Source: Candidatus Sericytochromatia bacterium (GTDB taxonomy: Bacteria > Cyanobacteriota > Sericytochromatia > S15B-MN24 > JAQBPE01). Taken from it: a stretch of DNA of 64,000 nt. The notes below the pieces were generated by a model. That model had not been told where the DNA came from. It saw only the letters and a list, made by a program, of their open reading frames with translations, and ran no database searches. Positions 27,561-38,100 of this stretch are shown piece after piece. The number at the start of each line of letters is the position of its first letter. Position 1 is the stretch's first letter. The translations under genes and the position numbers were made by a program. Location of the stretch: contig JBBAPZ010000004.1 of NCBI GenBank assembly GCA_040400605.1, forward strand, positions 80,821 through 144,820, given 5' to 3'.

Positions 27561-27673
27561 TGCTTCTTTCTTTCACGTCGTTACATTTTAAATGCCAGCC
27601 ATTATTGTGCCATGTCAAAAGCGATCCCGCACGAACGCAAGCCTCTTTACCCCCGCCACTGACTAAAACCCTC

Positions 27674-27707
27674 AAAAAAAACAAGGGCGGGATTAACCCG
27701 CCCTTTT
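27674..27707 (-). terminator. Rho-independent terminator after rpsO
   Basis: AAGGGCGGG-ATTAA-CCCGCCCTT with an A-run on the + strand (T-run on the minus strand). Confidence 0.85.
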
Positions 27708-27711
27708 GAAC

Positions 27712-27978
27712 CTATTTACGTAGGCCAAGCTTTTCAATGATGGCACGATAACGCGGCAAATCATTTTTCATCAGATAGTTAAGCAACCGACGCCGACGAC
27801 CTACCATCTTCAACAACCCGCGGCGGGTGCTGAAATCTTTTTTATTTGCATTCAGGTGTGCAGTCAAATTGATAATGCGTTCAGTCAACAACGCAATCTG
27901 CACCTCCGGTGACCCGGTGTCCTTGTCGTGATTTCTGTACTGACCAAGTAACTCGCCCTTTTTTTCGGCTGTGATCAT
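27712..27978 (-). CDS. rpsO: 30S ribosomal protein S15
   Basis: [43 protein letters not shown]. Confidence 0.98.
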   Translation of the reverse strand: MITAEKKGELLGQYRNHDKDTGSPEVQIALLTERIINLTAHLNANKKDFSTRRGLLKMVGRRRRLLNYLMKNDLPRYRAIIEKLGLRK

Positions 27979-28078
27979 TGATTTGCTCCTTGTCACGCAT
28001 TGCCTAGCGTATCACTCACCGGGCAACCGTCAAAACCGTCACGAAGGGTCTCGATAACCCTCCTAACCAATTCTAGCA
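27979..28078 (-). promoter_or_regulatory. rpsO promoter (extended -10 TGCTAGAAT) and structured leader
   Basis: TGCTAGAAT at 28078-28070; two hairpins between it and the RBS. Confidence 0.5.
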
Positions 28079-28208
28079 CGTGGTTGCGTTGAGAAACAAT
28101 TCAGGGTTGAGGCAATCTTAACCCCGCTCTGAGGGCTCCGAACATTCGTCAATTGGAAGTACAATCAATTCATGGGCGCTCTGAACAATTGAAACGACGG
28201 TGAGAAAC

Positions 28209-30248
28209 ATGGAGACGCTGACCGAAAAAGCGAAATTTGCTCGTCGGGGGCCTGTCCCTTCGACTTTTGATGTCAACCGTGTGTATTCGGATGCCGTGCT
28301 GCAAGGGTGGTGTTTTTGGACGCGTGGCTGGTCGTTGCTGGGGGCGTTGGTCCTTGGGATCGCGTGGTGGTTCTGTCTGCGGTTGTTCAGGTTTCCCATG
28401 CGAGCCAAGCTTATTTATGCACGGTGGGCGCGGCAGGAAATGGTGCGACAGGGAGCAGTTTTCATCAAACTGGGACAGATGTTGTCGACACGTGTGGATG
28501 CATTCAGTCCGGAGGTGATTGATGAGTTGTCGCGTTTGCAGGATCAGGTCCCCGGTTTTGATTTTCGTGTCGTGCAGGCGATCATCGAGACCGATCTGGG
28601 GGCGCCACTGGGTCAATTGTTTGCCAAGATTGACCCCGTTCCGCTCGCTGCTGCCAGCTTGGGGCAAGTTCACGCGGCAACCTTGAATGATGGGGCAGAC
28701 GTGGTCGTGAAGGTGTTGCGGCCCGGATTGGCTGAGCGCTTCGCCATTGACTTGACCTGGATGCTGTTTCTGGCAGAACGTGTGTCGCGTTGGCGCCGGT
28801 TGTTGCGCCTGTTTGGCGCAAGTCCGCAAACACCCTATGTCCGTTTGGTTGAGCGTCTGGGGAGCAGTCTGTACCAGCAACTGGACCTTTGGCAGGAAGG
28901 CTTGCACGGCGAACGTTTTGCCCGTAACTTCGCAAGCGTTCCGCAGGTGGGCGCACCGGCGATTTACTGGTCGCACACCTCAACGCGCATTTTGACCCAG
29001 GAGCGCATTTATGGGTATCGTTTTGATGACGAACAAGCCATTCGAAATGCCGGTATCAATTATATTGCGATGGCTGAGACAGGCATACGAGCATTTACCA
29101 AGCAGATTTTTGAAGATGCTTTTTTTCACGCGGACACCCATCCGGGCAATGTGTTTGTCACGGCGGATTCCCGCCTGATTTATCTCGATTTCGGCATGGT
29201 CGAGGTGATTGATGAGGAATTTCAGGCCGTGCTCGTGGAAATGTTCATTCACGTGATCCAGCAAGACTGGTCCGCGTTTTTGGATGATATGGTCCGCGCG
29301 GATATCGTGCCGGCAGAAGCGTCCCGGGAGCGCTTGTTGCCTATTTTCACGGATGTTTGGGCAGCGCAGTTGGGATTCAGTTCCAAACGATACAGTTTGC
29401 AGGATGTTTCGGATCGCTTTTACGCGATCATGCAGGAACACCCTTTCCGGTTGCCTGAACGATTTTTGTTTTTGACGCGCACGGCAGCTTCCATGGAAGG
29501 GGTCGTTTACCGTGCAAACCCTCATTTCAAGTTTTTACCGGTGGCCCTGCCTTTCTTTGCCAAGTTGGTGCTTTCTCGCGTTGATGTGGAAAATCCCTGG
29601 CTGATTCGCGAGATGTTACGGTCATCCCATCAAGGGCAATCCCTGGAACGAATGCTGAATCTGGTGCGGATGGCGATCGACGATGACCCGTCCCAAATGC
29701 AGCAGCTCACGGAGCAATTGGTTGACGTCTTGACTCATCCCAAGGCGGTACCTGTTCGCGATGCCTTGTTGCAACGAGCTTTGACGGGCGACATGGATAC
29801 CCTCGTGAGTCAAATGCCAGACGGCGTGGTGTTGAGTGATGGCGCGTGGAAAAAATTGGCTCATTTCCTTGGCAGCGATGCCGGTAAGGATTGGGTACTG
29901 AATGTGCTCGAGCATCCGCAAAGTCACGCCGCACTGGGTACCTGGTTGCAGGTTGCGAAGCCCGGAACCCTTCATGTCGCCTGGGCTGAGGAGATTTTGG
30001 CGCATTGGTTGGATGACCACGTTTTTACCCGGCGCGTTTTGCTCGCGCTGCACAGAACCTTGCCTCACGTGAAACTGCCGCTAAAAAAACTGATAGAGAC
30101 TGTGGATTGGACGAGCCTTCTCACGCAACGGGTACCGGGTGTCTCCTGGGCGTTAATGAAAACGGCTTTTGGATACCTGCTGGATCCCCAGTGGTCGATG
30201 CTTCTTGGGCGTGACGTGATTGCTCGGCAGCGGTCAAGGCAGTCTTGA
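28209..30248 (+). CDS. ABC1/AarF/UbiB-family atypical kinase with C-terminal extension
   Basis: FIKLGQMLSTR, AAASLGQVH, VVKV, FFHADTHPGN, YLDFGM. Confidence 0.9.
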   Translation: METLTEKAKFARRGPVPSTFDVNRVYSDAVLQGWCFWTRGWSLLGALVLGIAWWFCLRLFRFPMRAKLIYARWARQEMVRQGAVFIKLGQMLSTRVDAFSPEVIDELSRLQDQVPGFDFRVVQAIIETDLGAPLGQLFAKIDPVPLAAASLGQVHAATLNDGADVVVKVLRPGLAERFAIDLTWMLFLAERVSRWRRLLRLFGASPQTPYVRLVERLGSSLYQQLDLWQEGLHGERFARNFASVPQVGAPAIYWSHTSTRILTQERIYGYRFDDEQAIRNAGINYIAMAETGIRAFTKQIFEDAFFHADTHPGNVFVTADSRLIYLDFGMVEVIDEEFQAVLVEMFIHVIQQDWSAFLDDMVRADIVPAEASRERLLPIFTDVWAAQLGFSSKRYSLQDVSDRFYAIMQEHPFRLPERFLFLTRTAASMEGVVYRANPHFKFLPVALPFFAKLVLSRVDVENPWLIREMLRSSHQGQSLERMLNLVRMAIDDDPSQMQQLTEQLVDVLTHPKAVPVRDALLQRALTGDMDTLVSQMPDGVVLSDGAWKKLAHFLGSDAGKDWVLNVLEHPQSHAALGTWLQVAKPGTLHVAWAEEILAHWLDDHVFTRRVLLALHRTLPHVKLPLKKLIETVDWTSLLTQRVPGVSWALMKTAFGYLLDPQWSMLLGRDVIARQRSRQS

Positions 30249-30293
30249 AGGACGTTCTTGTTTTGTCGTGTGACTGTTCGGATGTCGTGCGCT

Positions 30294-30869
30294 TCACGTT
30301 GCGTGGGTGGGTTTGTGGCCCCACATGCGCATTCGGCCGATGCGGATATGGGGCAGTGATGACGCGGGCAATTGGTGAACGATCGATTGAAACGGGTGTT
30401 CAGGCAAGTCGGTGACATCAGAGGCAGTGGAATCAAAGGTAATACCGGTCAGGTTGAGGCCTTGCATGATCGAGTACAGTTGGCCACGCTGCCAGATGGG
30501 GCGGTAAGAATCCTGGTGCATATGATCCCGCAGATGGAGGAGTGCTTGTATTCGCGCTTCTTCGTGGATGGGGTCAATGCTCCAATACGGCTCACAGACC
30601 ATGAGGCAGCCGCCTGGGCGCAACCGTTGGTTGATTTGGCCCAATAATGCCGTGATTGAGGCGGTCTTGGCCAAGACGTCATTCAATACAAACGCCTCGA
30701 TGTCCGTGTCGTGTATCAGGCGCAGCAGGTTGTCGTCATCGTGGATTGGCGCGGTCAGGCACCACGCAGCACGCGCGTGGATGCGTGACGAGTCTTCGTT
30801 GAGGCGTTCCTCCAACAACAACACGTGTTTGTCTTCCAGACAGGCAAAGCCGTGATTCGAATCGTCCAT
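30294..30869 (-). CDS. Hypothetical protein, degenerate class I methyltransferase-like
   Basis: 'LLGQINQRLRPGGCLMVCE' resembles the MTase LKPGG motif; glycine-rich motif I not present. Confidence 0.5.
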   Translation of the reverse strand: MDDSNHGFACLEDKHVLLLEERLNEDSSRIHARAAWCLTAPIHDDDNLLRLIHDTDIEAFVLNDVLAKTASITALLGQINQRLRPGGCLMVCEPYWSIDPIHEEARIQALLHLRDHMHQDSYRPIWQRGQLYSIMQGLNLTGITFDSTASDVTDLPEHPFQSIVHQLPASSLPHIRIGRMRMWGHKPTHAT

Positions 30870-31350
30870 AGCCGTTTGGTGCCTCGCTATCTCGGCAGGA
30901 TGCCAGTTGGTGACGGTGACGGCAGTCGGTCACGCTCAAACTGATTATCGTCATTGCCGAGGAATGGATCAATGGTGGTGGCTGAAGTGAACAAAAACCG
31001 GGGCGCCATGGTTTGCGTGTTGTATGGACAGTCCCTGGAAGGAGGGTTGTCGCTCATCAGGGGGCTTTTGATGCCAGGCCAGTTGCAGGCCATGTTCTGA
31101 TGCCTCCCAACGTGGTGGCCAGATGGAAACGTGCTGATTGGCGAGCAAATTTTTGCGGTCGTCAAACAAGATCGGGTAAGTGCCTGATGCTGTTGACCTT
31201 GCCGCACAGGTTTTGAACAGTAACGGCTGCGTCAATGTATGGCAGCACCGAGTGTGGTCTTTGGGCCAGGTGTTACACGTTGGGTGCGGTGAGCGTTGTC
31301 GTGGTAAACTGGCACCGTGGAAATGGTGTTATCCCGGAAAGCAGGGTTCT

Positions 31351-32388
31351 TTGAACGATCGACTTTTGCGCGCTGCGCGTCGTCAACCCATTGATCGTCC
31401 ACCTGTCTGGATTATGCGTCAGGCAGGTCGTTACATGCCTGAGTTTCGTGCAGTTCGTGCCAGGTATGGGTTTCTGGAGGTGTGTAAAACACCGGAGCTT
31501 GCGTGCGAGGTGACGCTGCAGCCGATCGAGCCAATCGGGGTTGACGCGGCCATCATTTTTTCGGACATACTCATTCCGCTGGAGCCGATGGGAATGAACC
31601 TTTATTTTGATGACAAGGGGCCTCACTTGGGTAACCCGATTCGGGAAGTCAAAGATGTTGAGCGCTTGGTGGTTCCGACTGCCGAGGTTGATTGCGCATT
31701 TTTGGCTGATGCCATTCGATTGGTCAAGCGCGAATTGAACCAGCGTGTACCGTTGATCGGCTTTGCAGGTGCACCGTGGACTTTGGCTGCCTACATGATT
31801 GAAGGTGGTGGCAGTAAAAACTACAGCCGCATCAAGGCGTTCATGTACCAGGAGCCTGAAGCGTTTATGCAGTTGTTGGATAAAGTGGCGGACATGCTGA
31901 TCGATTACTTGCGGATGCAGGTGGCGGCAGGGGTTGATTTGGTGCAGATCTTCGAGAGTTGGGGTGGTGTTTTGGCACCTGATGATTTCAGGATTTTTGC
32001 GTTGGGGGCCACGCGGCGGGTGATTGCGGGAATTCGCGATCTCGGGGTCCCGGTCACTCTGTACATGAATGGGGCTGGTCACGTTCTGGATGATTTGGCT
32101 GCATCGGGTGCTGATGTGATTGGTGTGGATTGGCGCGTTGATTTGGCGCAAGCTTTTGAGCGAGTGGGTGATAAAGTGGCCATCCAAGGTAATCTGGATC
32201 CTTGTCGTCTATATGGGCCGGTGCACACCATTGAGGCGGAGGTGCGCCGTTTACACGCACAGGTCAACGGTCGTGTCGGTCACATATTTAATTTAGGTCA
32301 CGGTATTTTACCTGACGTGCCGGTTGCGCATGCGCAAGCGTTTGTCAATGCAGTAAAGGCACTGAGCCATGAATCAGCCTTCGCGTGA
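31351..32388 (+). CDS. hemE: Uroporphyrinogen decarboxylase
   Basis: PVWIMRQAGRYMPEF, DAAIIFSDIL, GFAGAPWTLAAY, FNLGHG; TTG start at 31351 inferred. Confidence 0.97.
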   Translation: MNDRLLRAARRQPIDRPPVWIMRQAGRYMPEFRAVRARYGFLEVCKTPELACEVTLQPIEPIGVDAAIIFSDILIPLEPMGMNLYFDDKGPHLGNPIREVKDVERLVVPTAEVDCAFLADAIRLVKRELNQRVPLIGFAGAPWTLAAYMIEGGGSKNYSRIKAFMYQEPEAFMQLLDKVADMLIDYLRMQVAAGVDLVQIFESWGGVLAPDDFRIFALGATRRVIAGIRDLGVPVTLYMNGAGHVLDDLAASGADVIGVDWRVDLAQAFERVGDKVAIQGNLDPCRLYGPVHTIEAEVRRLHAQVNGRVGHIFNLGHGILPDVPVAHAQAFVNAVKALSHESAFA

Positions 32389-33769
32389 TGCTTTTCGCAT
32401 TCCGCGTGAATTGATTGCGCGTTACAATGTCGCGGGGCCTCGTTACACGAGTTATCCCACTGCGCCTGAGTGGCGCGATGGGCTTTCAGTGGCCCAAGCC
32501 AGCCTTCTGATTGAGCAGAACCAACTGTCTCGTGCAGACGTTCCAATTTCCTTGTACGTTCATATTCCATTTTGCCATCGTTTGTGCTGGTTTTGTGGTT
32601 GCAACATGTGGGTGACCAGCCGTGAAGAGTTGGTTGCACGTTATCTGGAGGCGGTTTGTGTCGAAATTGAGCGGTTGGCGGCGCGACTGAACCCTAAACG
32701 TGAGGTCGTGCAGATTCACTGGGGAGGCGGTACGCCAACTTTTTTGAATTCCCGGCAGCTGGTCATGCTGTTTGAGGCGATCGCCCGTCATTTTCGCATT
32801 CGTTCAGACGCGGAAATTTCGCTTGAGCTTCATCCAAGTGTCACCTCCCACGAACAATTGGACACTTTGGCGCAACTTGGTTTCAATCGTGTCAGCATGG
32901 GCATACAAGATTTCGATGAACGCGTACAGGCAGCGATTAATCGTCCACAAGGCTTTGATTTGACCAAACGGTTGATTGAACGTTGTCGTGAATTGGGATT
33001 CATCAGCGTGAATACCGATTTGATGTATGGATTGCCGTATCAGAGTCACGAAGGGTTCGACACGACACTTGCACTGATTGAGCAACTACGCCCGGATCGC
33101 ATCGCATTGTTCAATTATGCCCATGTACCGTGGTTGAAGGCACACATGCGCATGATTAAAGAGGATACCCTCCCGTCGCCTGATGAGAAACTCGGTCTGT
33201 TTGAATTGGCGATTGATGCTTTGTTGAAGCAAGGGTACCGCTATATTGGGATGGATCACTTCGCCACCTCTGACAACGAATTGTCAGTGGCCCAAATCAA
33301 TGGGACTTTACGGCGAAATTTTATGGGATACACCACGTGTTCGGACAGTGATCTGTATGCTTTTGGTCCTTCGAGCATCAGTGATTTGGATCGTGCCTAT
33401 CTTCAGAATCATCGCAATGTCAATGATTATATTCGCCTGGTCAGTGAAGGTGACCTGGCTGTTGTGCGTGGACTTGAGCTTAATGAGGATGACCGCTTGC
33501 GTCGGGCGGTCATCAATGATCTGTTTTGTTTGTTAAGGGTTGACAAAGTGCGCATCGGTCAACAGTTTGGTATTGATTTTGATGGGTATTTTGCGGATGC
33601 TTTGGCGCGTCTTGTGCCATTGCGGGATGATGGTCTGGTGACAATGGATGAACGCCACGTTTCAGTGACCCCACAGGGGCAAATTTTGCTTCGTAATGTG
33701 GCGATGGCGTTTGATGCGTACTATCATCGCGGCGAGCGAGCGGGCAGTCGTTTTTCCAAGACGGTATAA
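32369..33769 (+). CDS. hemN: Oxygen-independent coproporphyrinogen III oxidase
   Basis: GPRYTSYPTA, YVHIPFCHRLCWFCGC radical SAM motif, WGGGTP, RNFMGYT. Confidence 0.96.
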   Translation: MNQPSRDAFRIPRELIARYNVAGPRYTSYPTAPEWRDGLSVAQASLLIEQNQLSRADVPISLYVHIPFCHRLCWFCGCNMWVTSREELVARYLEAVCVEIERLAARLNPKREVVQIHWGGGTPTFLNSRQLVMLFEAIARHFRIRSDAEISLELHPSVTSHEQLDTLAQLGFNRVSMGIQDFDERVQAAINRPQGFDLTKRLIERCRELGFISVNTDLMYGLPYQSHEGFDTTLALIEQLRPDRIALFNYAHVPWLKAHMRMIKEDTLPSPDEKLGLFELAIDALLKQGYRYIGMDHFATSDNELSVAQINGTLRRNFMGYTTCSDSDLYAFGPSSISDLDRAYLQNHRNVNDYIRLVSEGDLAVVRGLELNEDDRLRRAVINDLFCLLRVDKVRIGQQFGIDFDGYFADALARLVPLRDDGLVTMDERHVSVTPQGQILLRNVAMAFDAYYHRGERAGSRFSKTV

Positions 33770-33956
33770 TAGCCTTGCGAGCGTCGGCTGGTTGGATGCT
33801 GGCACTGGTGTCCCGGTTTGATCGAGGTCGTGGGTTGGAACAATGTGTTGAATCGTGGCGCCGGCGTGGTGATGCGATTTCGGACAGCCTTGAAGCAGCC
33901 GGTGCACGGAACGGTTGTGCAGTGATGTTGAATGCTCAAGTGAGGAGATTGAAACA

Positions 33957-34382
33957 ATGGCGTGGTTGCTCGCATTGCATGTGATTGCGATTATTGCGTG
34001 GATGGCTGGGATGTTGTATTTGTTTCGATTGTATGTTTATCACGCCATGGAGCAAGAGCAGGTGGTGATGGAGCGCCTGCAGGTTATGGAGCGACGTTTG
34101 CTTAATTTCATTACGACGCCTGCGATGATTGCATCTGCTCTGACAGGTGGCACTTTATTGGCGCTTCAACCTTATTTGTTGAGTCAACCCTGGATGCATC
34201 TGAAGTTGACTCTGGTGCTTGGCATGTTTGCTGCGCACGGTATCGCAGCCAAGTATCGGCGATTGCTGGTGACAAATCCTCGTGTCAAAACGGATCGGTT
34301 TTTTCGGGTGATGAACGAAGTTCCAACCGTTTTAATGATTGGGATTGTTATTGCGGTGATTGTAAAGCCATTTGCGCGTTGA
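33957..34382 (+). CDS. hemJ: Protoporphyrinogen oxidase HemJ
   Basis: LHVIAIIAWMAG.LYL.RL.VYH, MERRL, FR..NEVP, VKPF; RBS GAGGAG. Confidence 0.92.
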   Translation: MAWLLALHVIAIIAWMAGMLYLFRLYVYHAMEQEQVVMERLQVMERRLLNFITTPAMIASALTGGTLLALQPYLLSQPWMHLKLTLVLGMFAAHGIAAKYRRLLVTNPRVKTDRFFRVMNEVPTVLMIGIVIAVIVKPFAR

Positions 34383-35142
34383 CCAGTGCGCAAACGAGGG
34401 CATTGATGTTAGGTTTTTCGGCTTCGGCACTCACACTGAGTCCCGCTTCTCGAATGGCGCGGCTTGTCTGAGGACCGATGCTGGCAAGATGGATGCGGTG
34501 AAGGCTTGTCGCGGCGTTTGGTAGTCGGGTAAAGCTTTGAATGGCTGAGCCACTCGTGATAGTGAGCCAGTCGACTTGTTGATTATCGATCAATTTAAGC
34601 AACCTGGGCGCTGCGCTTGGCTCGGCGAGGGTTTGATAGACGATGCACTCTTGGACGGTGGCACCCATTTGTTGTAGCGTCAGTCCAAGTTTTGAGTCTG
34701 CGAGTTGTCCGCGCAGGAGCAGGATTCTGGATTGGTGAAGGTTGGGGTCAATTGCGGCGATCGCCTCAGCGATCGCCGCGCCGTTGGCAATTCGAGGTAT
34801 CAGGTCCACGTGACATCCCGAGGCCTCCAGGCAGTGCGCGGTTTCAACGCCAACCGCCGCAATTTTGGCAGCAAATGACCACGATTTTTTTAGGCTCATC
34901 AAACGCTGGGAAACGTGGCGCACGCCGTTTTGACTCGTGAAAACGACCCAGTCATAATGGCTATGCGCTTGAATGGCAAGATCAAACGAAGTCCACGAAA
35001 CAGGTTGAACAATTCGCATCGCTGGGATGCACCGTGTGGTTGCTCCCAATCGTCGCAAACGGATAACGAGTTCCCGTGATTGATGCCTAGGACGTGCTAC
35101 AACGATGCGTACGCCCGATAACGCTGCATCACCAACTGCCAC
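34348..35142 (-). CDS. hemD: Uroporphyrinogen-III synthase
   Basis: YDWVVFTSQNGV, AAVG..TA, VYQT, ITSGS, SIGPQTS; GTG start at 35142 inferred. Confidence 0.9.
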   Translation of the reverse strand: MAVGDAALSGVRIVVARPRHQSRELVIRLRRLGATTRCIPAMRIVQPVSWTSFDLAIQAHSHYDWVVFTSQNGVRHVSQRLMSLKKSWSFAAKIAAVGVETAHCLEASGCHVDLIPRIANGAAIAEAIAAIDPNLHQSRILLLRGQLADSKLGLTLQQMGATVQECIVYQTLAEPSAAPRLLKLIDNQQVDWLTITSGSAIQSFTRLPNAATSLHRIHLASIGPQTSRAIREAGLSVSAEAEKPNINALVCALVNAQMALQSPQ

Positions 35143-38100
35143 TTGAGAAACCGATGCCACGCAGGCGACCCGTGGATGATGGTTTTTTTTCGGTTCTTGG
35201 AAGGCTAAACTCAATATGATTGCCTTCCAGTACGCGTGCCCGTTCCAGTGGCGCGCACCAGGCAGTTGCGATAGCCGGTTCGAGACCGTTCAGCATTGCC
35301 CGTGACTGATTTTGTGCCTCCAGAACAAGTTTGGCGGCACGTTCATCGTAGGGTTTTGATGCCGCAAGCCCGAAAAGTGCTTGCGTTACGAATGCTGGTA
35401 TGGACATCCGTTTTGCCAGGGACAACATTTGATCGAACGTTTCGTAGGCGTTTTTACGTCCTAATTTCAGCTCGATTTCTCCTTTTAGACCATATAGCTC
35501 AGCCAAGGTGCGATCCGCGCCCCCTTGTTGCGCGAGGTCGAGTGCCACGCCCAAATCATCCCAAGCGGCATCAAGGTGACCTAGTCGCACCTGCGACCAA
35601 AGGCCGGCAGCAAGCGCTTTCAGTCGGATATGCCCAGCGCCTTGGTCTTCCAAGGCCCTGTTGAGCGATAGTCGCGCTTCGTCAAACTCACCTATTCGTG
35701 CGGCGGCGACAGCCAACAAGACGCGAACGTGACTCTCGGGCTCAATGTTGCCGGTTTCTTTCAAGTGCATCAGTAAGGAGAGACCCAAACGATGCGCCTC
35801 TTCATACTGTCCCACCACGTTCAGATAATCCATGCGAAACTCCATGAGCAAGGCCAATATAAATTGATCCGCACACGTCGTTTGGACGGTTTTGGCGATC
35901 TTTGACGCCGCCTCTGCCTCGGGTAAAAGACCAAGCCACGCCATTCCAAGTGCAGCAAACGACGCAGCCAAACCCTGTAACAACTCGATACCTGAACGGG
36001 CCGCCATGCCTTGCGCCTGGTTTGCAAGTGCCAGGCTGTCCTTGATTCTGCCCAGTTCTAACAACGCAAGGGACTGATTCAACATCGAAGTCAGGCTCTC
36101 CTCACCTTGATGCAACTGTTCGCTCAGGAATAGGCTCTGTTCAAAAGATGCCAACGCTTCCGGGTAAGCGCCACTCCGATAACAGGCGAAACCAAGAAAG
36201 TTTTGCGTCGTCATCAATGCCTGGTGATGCCCAAGTTTTTTTAACAACTGGACGGCCTCCGTCATCTCGGCTATCCCTTTATCAATGTTTCGGGGAATGG
36301 TGGTGACGCACAGATGCCCTGATAAGGTTAAACTCTCGGCCAGCATGGCTTGATCATCCAAGGTTCGCGCGATATCCAAGGCTTCTTCGACATCTTTTTG
36401 GGCTTGTCGCATCCGTCCCTGAGATTGCTTGACTGAACATCGCATCAGGAGGCATCGGGCAAAAAGAGCCCGTTGCGTTGATGCGTCAATCAGATTCAAC
36501 ATCGCTTCGCATTGTCTTTCGGCTTCTTCAAAAAGCCCGAGCTCCATGCAGACTTCCGCGAGCGTCGCCCGACTGTGTAAAATTGCATCCCTGTTTTTGC
36601 TGCTCAGCGCTGCCGTCAATGCCTCTTTGAAAGAGCCCAGCGCTTGCAAGATGTCCCCTTTCAATTTTTGGATTCGCGCTGTTTCACCGAGGCATTCAGC
36701 TTTGCGTTCAAATTGCTTGGGATGTTGGGGCGCATGGAGCAGGATGCGTACCGCATCCAGGTAGTGCATGGCGACATCCAAAGCAAACACAACGACGCTC
36801 TGCTTGGCCGCGGCGAGACCGTAATCGATGATCTGTTCCGGCAGACAAGCCAAAATATAGTGGTCAGCAATCGCACAGGTCATGTCAAAATGGCTGGCTG
36901 TATTCCCGGCGGCACGCAGTCGTTGAACCAGCAGATCCGCCACTACCCCATGGGTTCGTTGTCGTTCCGTGATACTGAAACTCCCATACAGAACCTGACG
37001 GAACAAATCCTGCGCAAATTCGTAGTGACCCTGTGCTGACAGAATGAGCACCCGTTGAGCCTGCAATTGACCAAGGGCATCAAACAGCCGATTCTCGTCG
37101 AGGGTTGTCAGCTTTTGCAACAACTCCAAATCCAGTGAGCCACCCATGACCGAGGCCAGTCGAGCCAGAACGATGGCATCCTGGTTCAACCCCACCAGTT
37201 TTTTCGCAATCAGGCCATTCACATCCCGTGGCATTTCGGTTGCGAAAGCACAGTTTTCAGTGTTCCATTTCCCATTGACCCGGACCAATAAGCCTTCTTG
37301 AACCAGATGTTCAAGCAACCGTTCAATGTAAAACGGTAAACCATCCGATAGCGACAACATTTGCGCGATGAAGCGTTCATCCACGGACACTTCACCAAGC
37401 GCAAACCGGATCAGCTTCGTACACTCCGCTTCGGTCAACTGGTGCAAAGGCAGATGCAAATGCGGAACATTCGGTCTTGGGTCAGAGTCACGGGTCAGTC
37501 GTGCCGTCGTGATCCACAAAATTGGCAACGATTCACAAGCAGCGAAAATGCTTTCAAAAACATCGCGCGAAATCGGGTCCATCAGGTGCCAGTCTTCGCA
37601 AGCAACAATAAACGGCTGGCGCTGCGCCAAAAGCGACAACAAAGCGTGGACCGCTTCAATCAGTTTCCCTTTATCCTGGCCCGGCGGCATTGTTACACCA
37701 TCGCCTAAACCGAGTTCAGGCACCCAGGTCGCAAGATGAGCGATACGCCCCCGGAGGAACCCATCGCTCAGGTCGTGGATCAAGGGAACCACATTCTGAA
37801 TCAGCTCACGAAGTGGCGCGAAAGGGGCGGCGTTGGCCTCGCGACACTGACACGCGACAAAGGGGATGTTCTCCAGTTGCATGGCAGTCCGGAACTCGTT
37901 AACGAGCCGGGATTTGCCCATGCCGACCGGAGCAATGATATGAAAATGGACGCCAGTTTCACCGCACATCACATTGCCCAGACCGTCAAAGAGCCGCATC
38001 AGTTCCAGTTCGCGTCCCACCATCGGTGAGGCGAGCAACGTCCCGCCATAACCACTGGGGCGCTCCATGCCCAGCGCATCCATTACTTCCATTGCGTTCT

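Noticed and set aside
30887..31235. Small ORFs in the gap upstream of hemE
   Set aside because: No RBS, no recognisable motif, mutually overlapping frames
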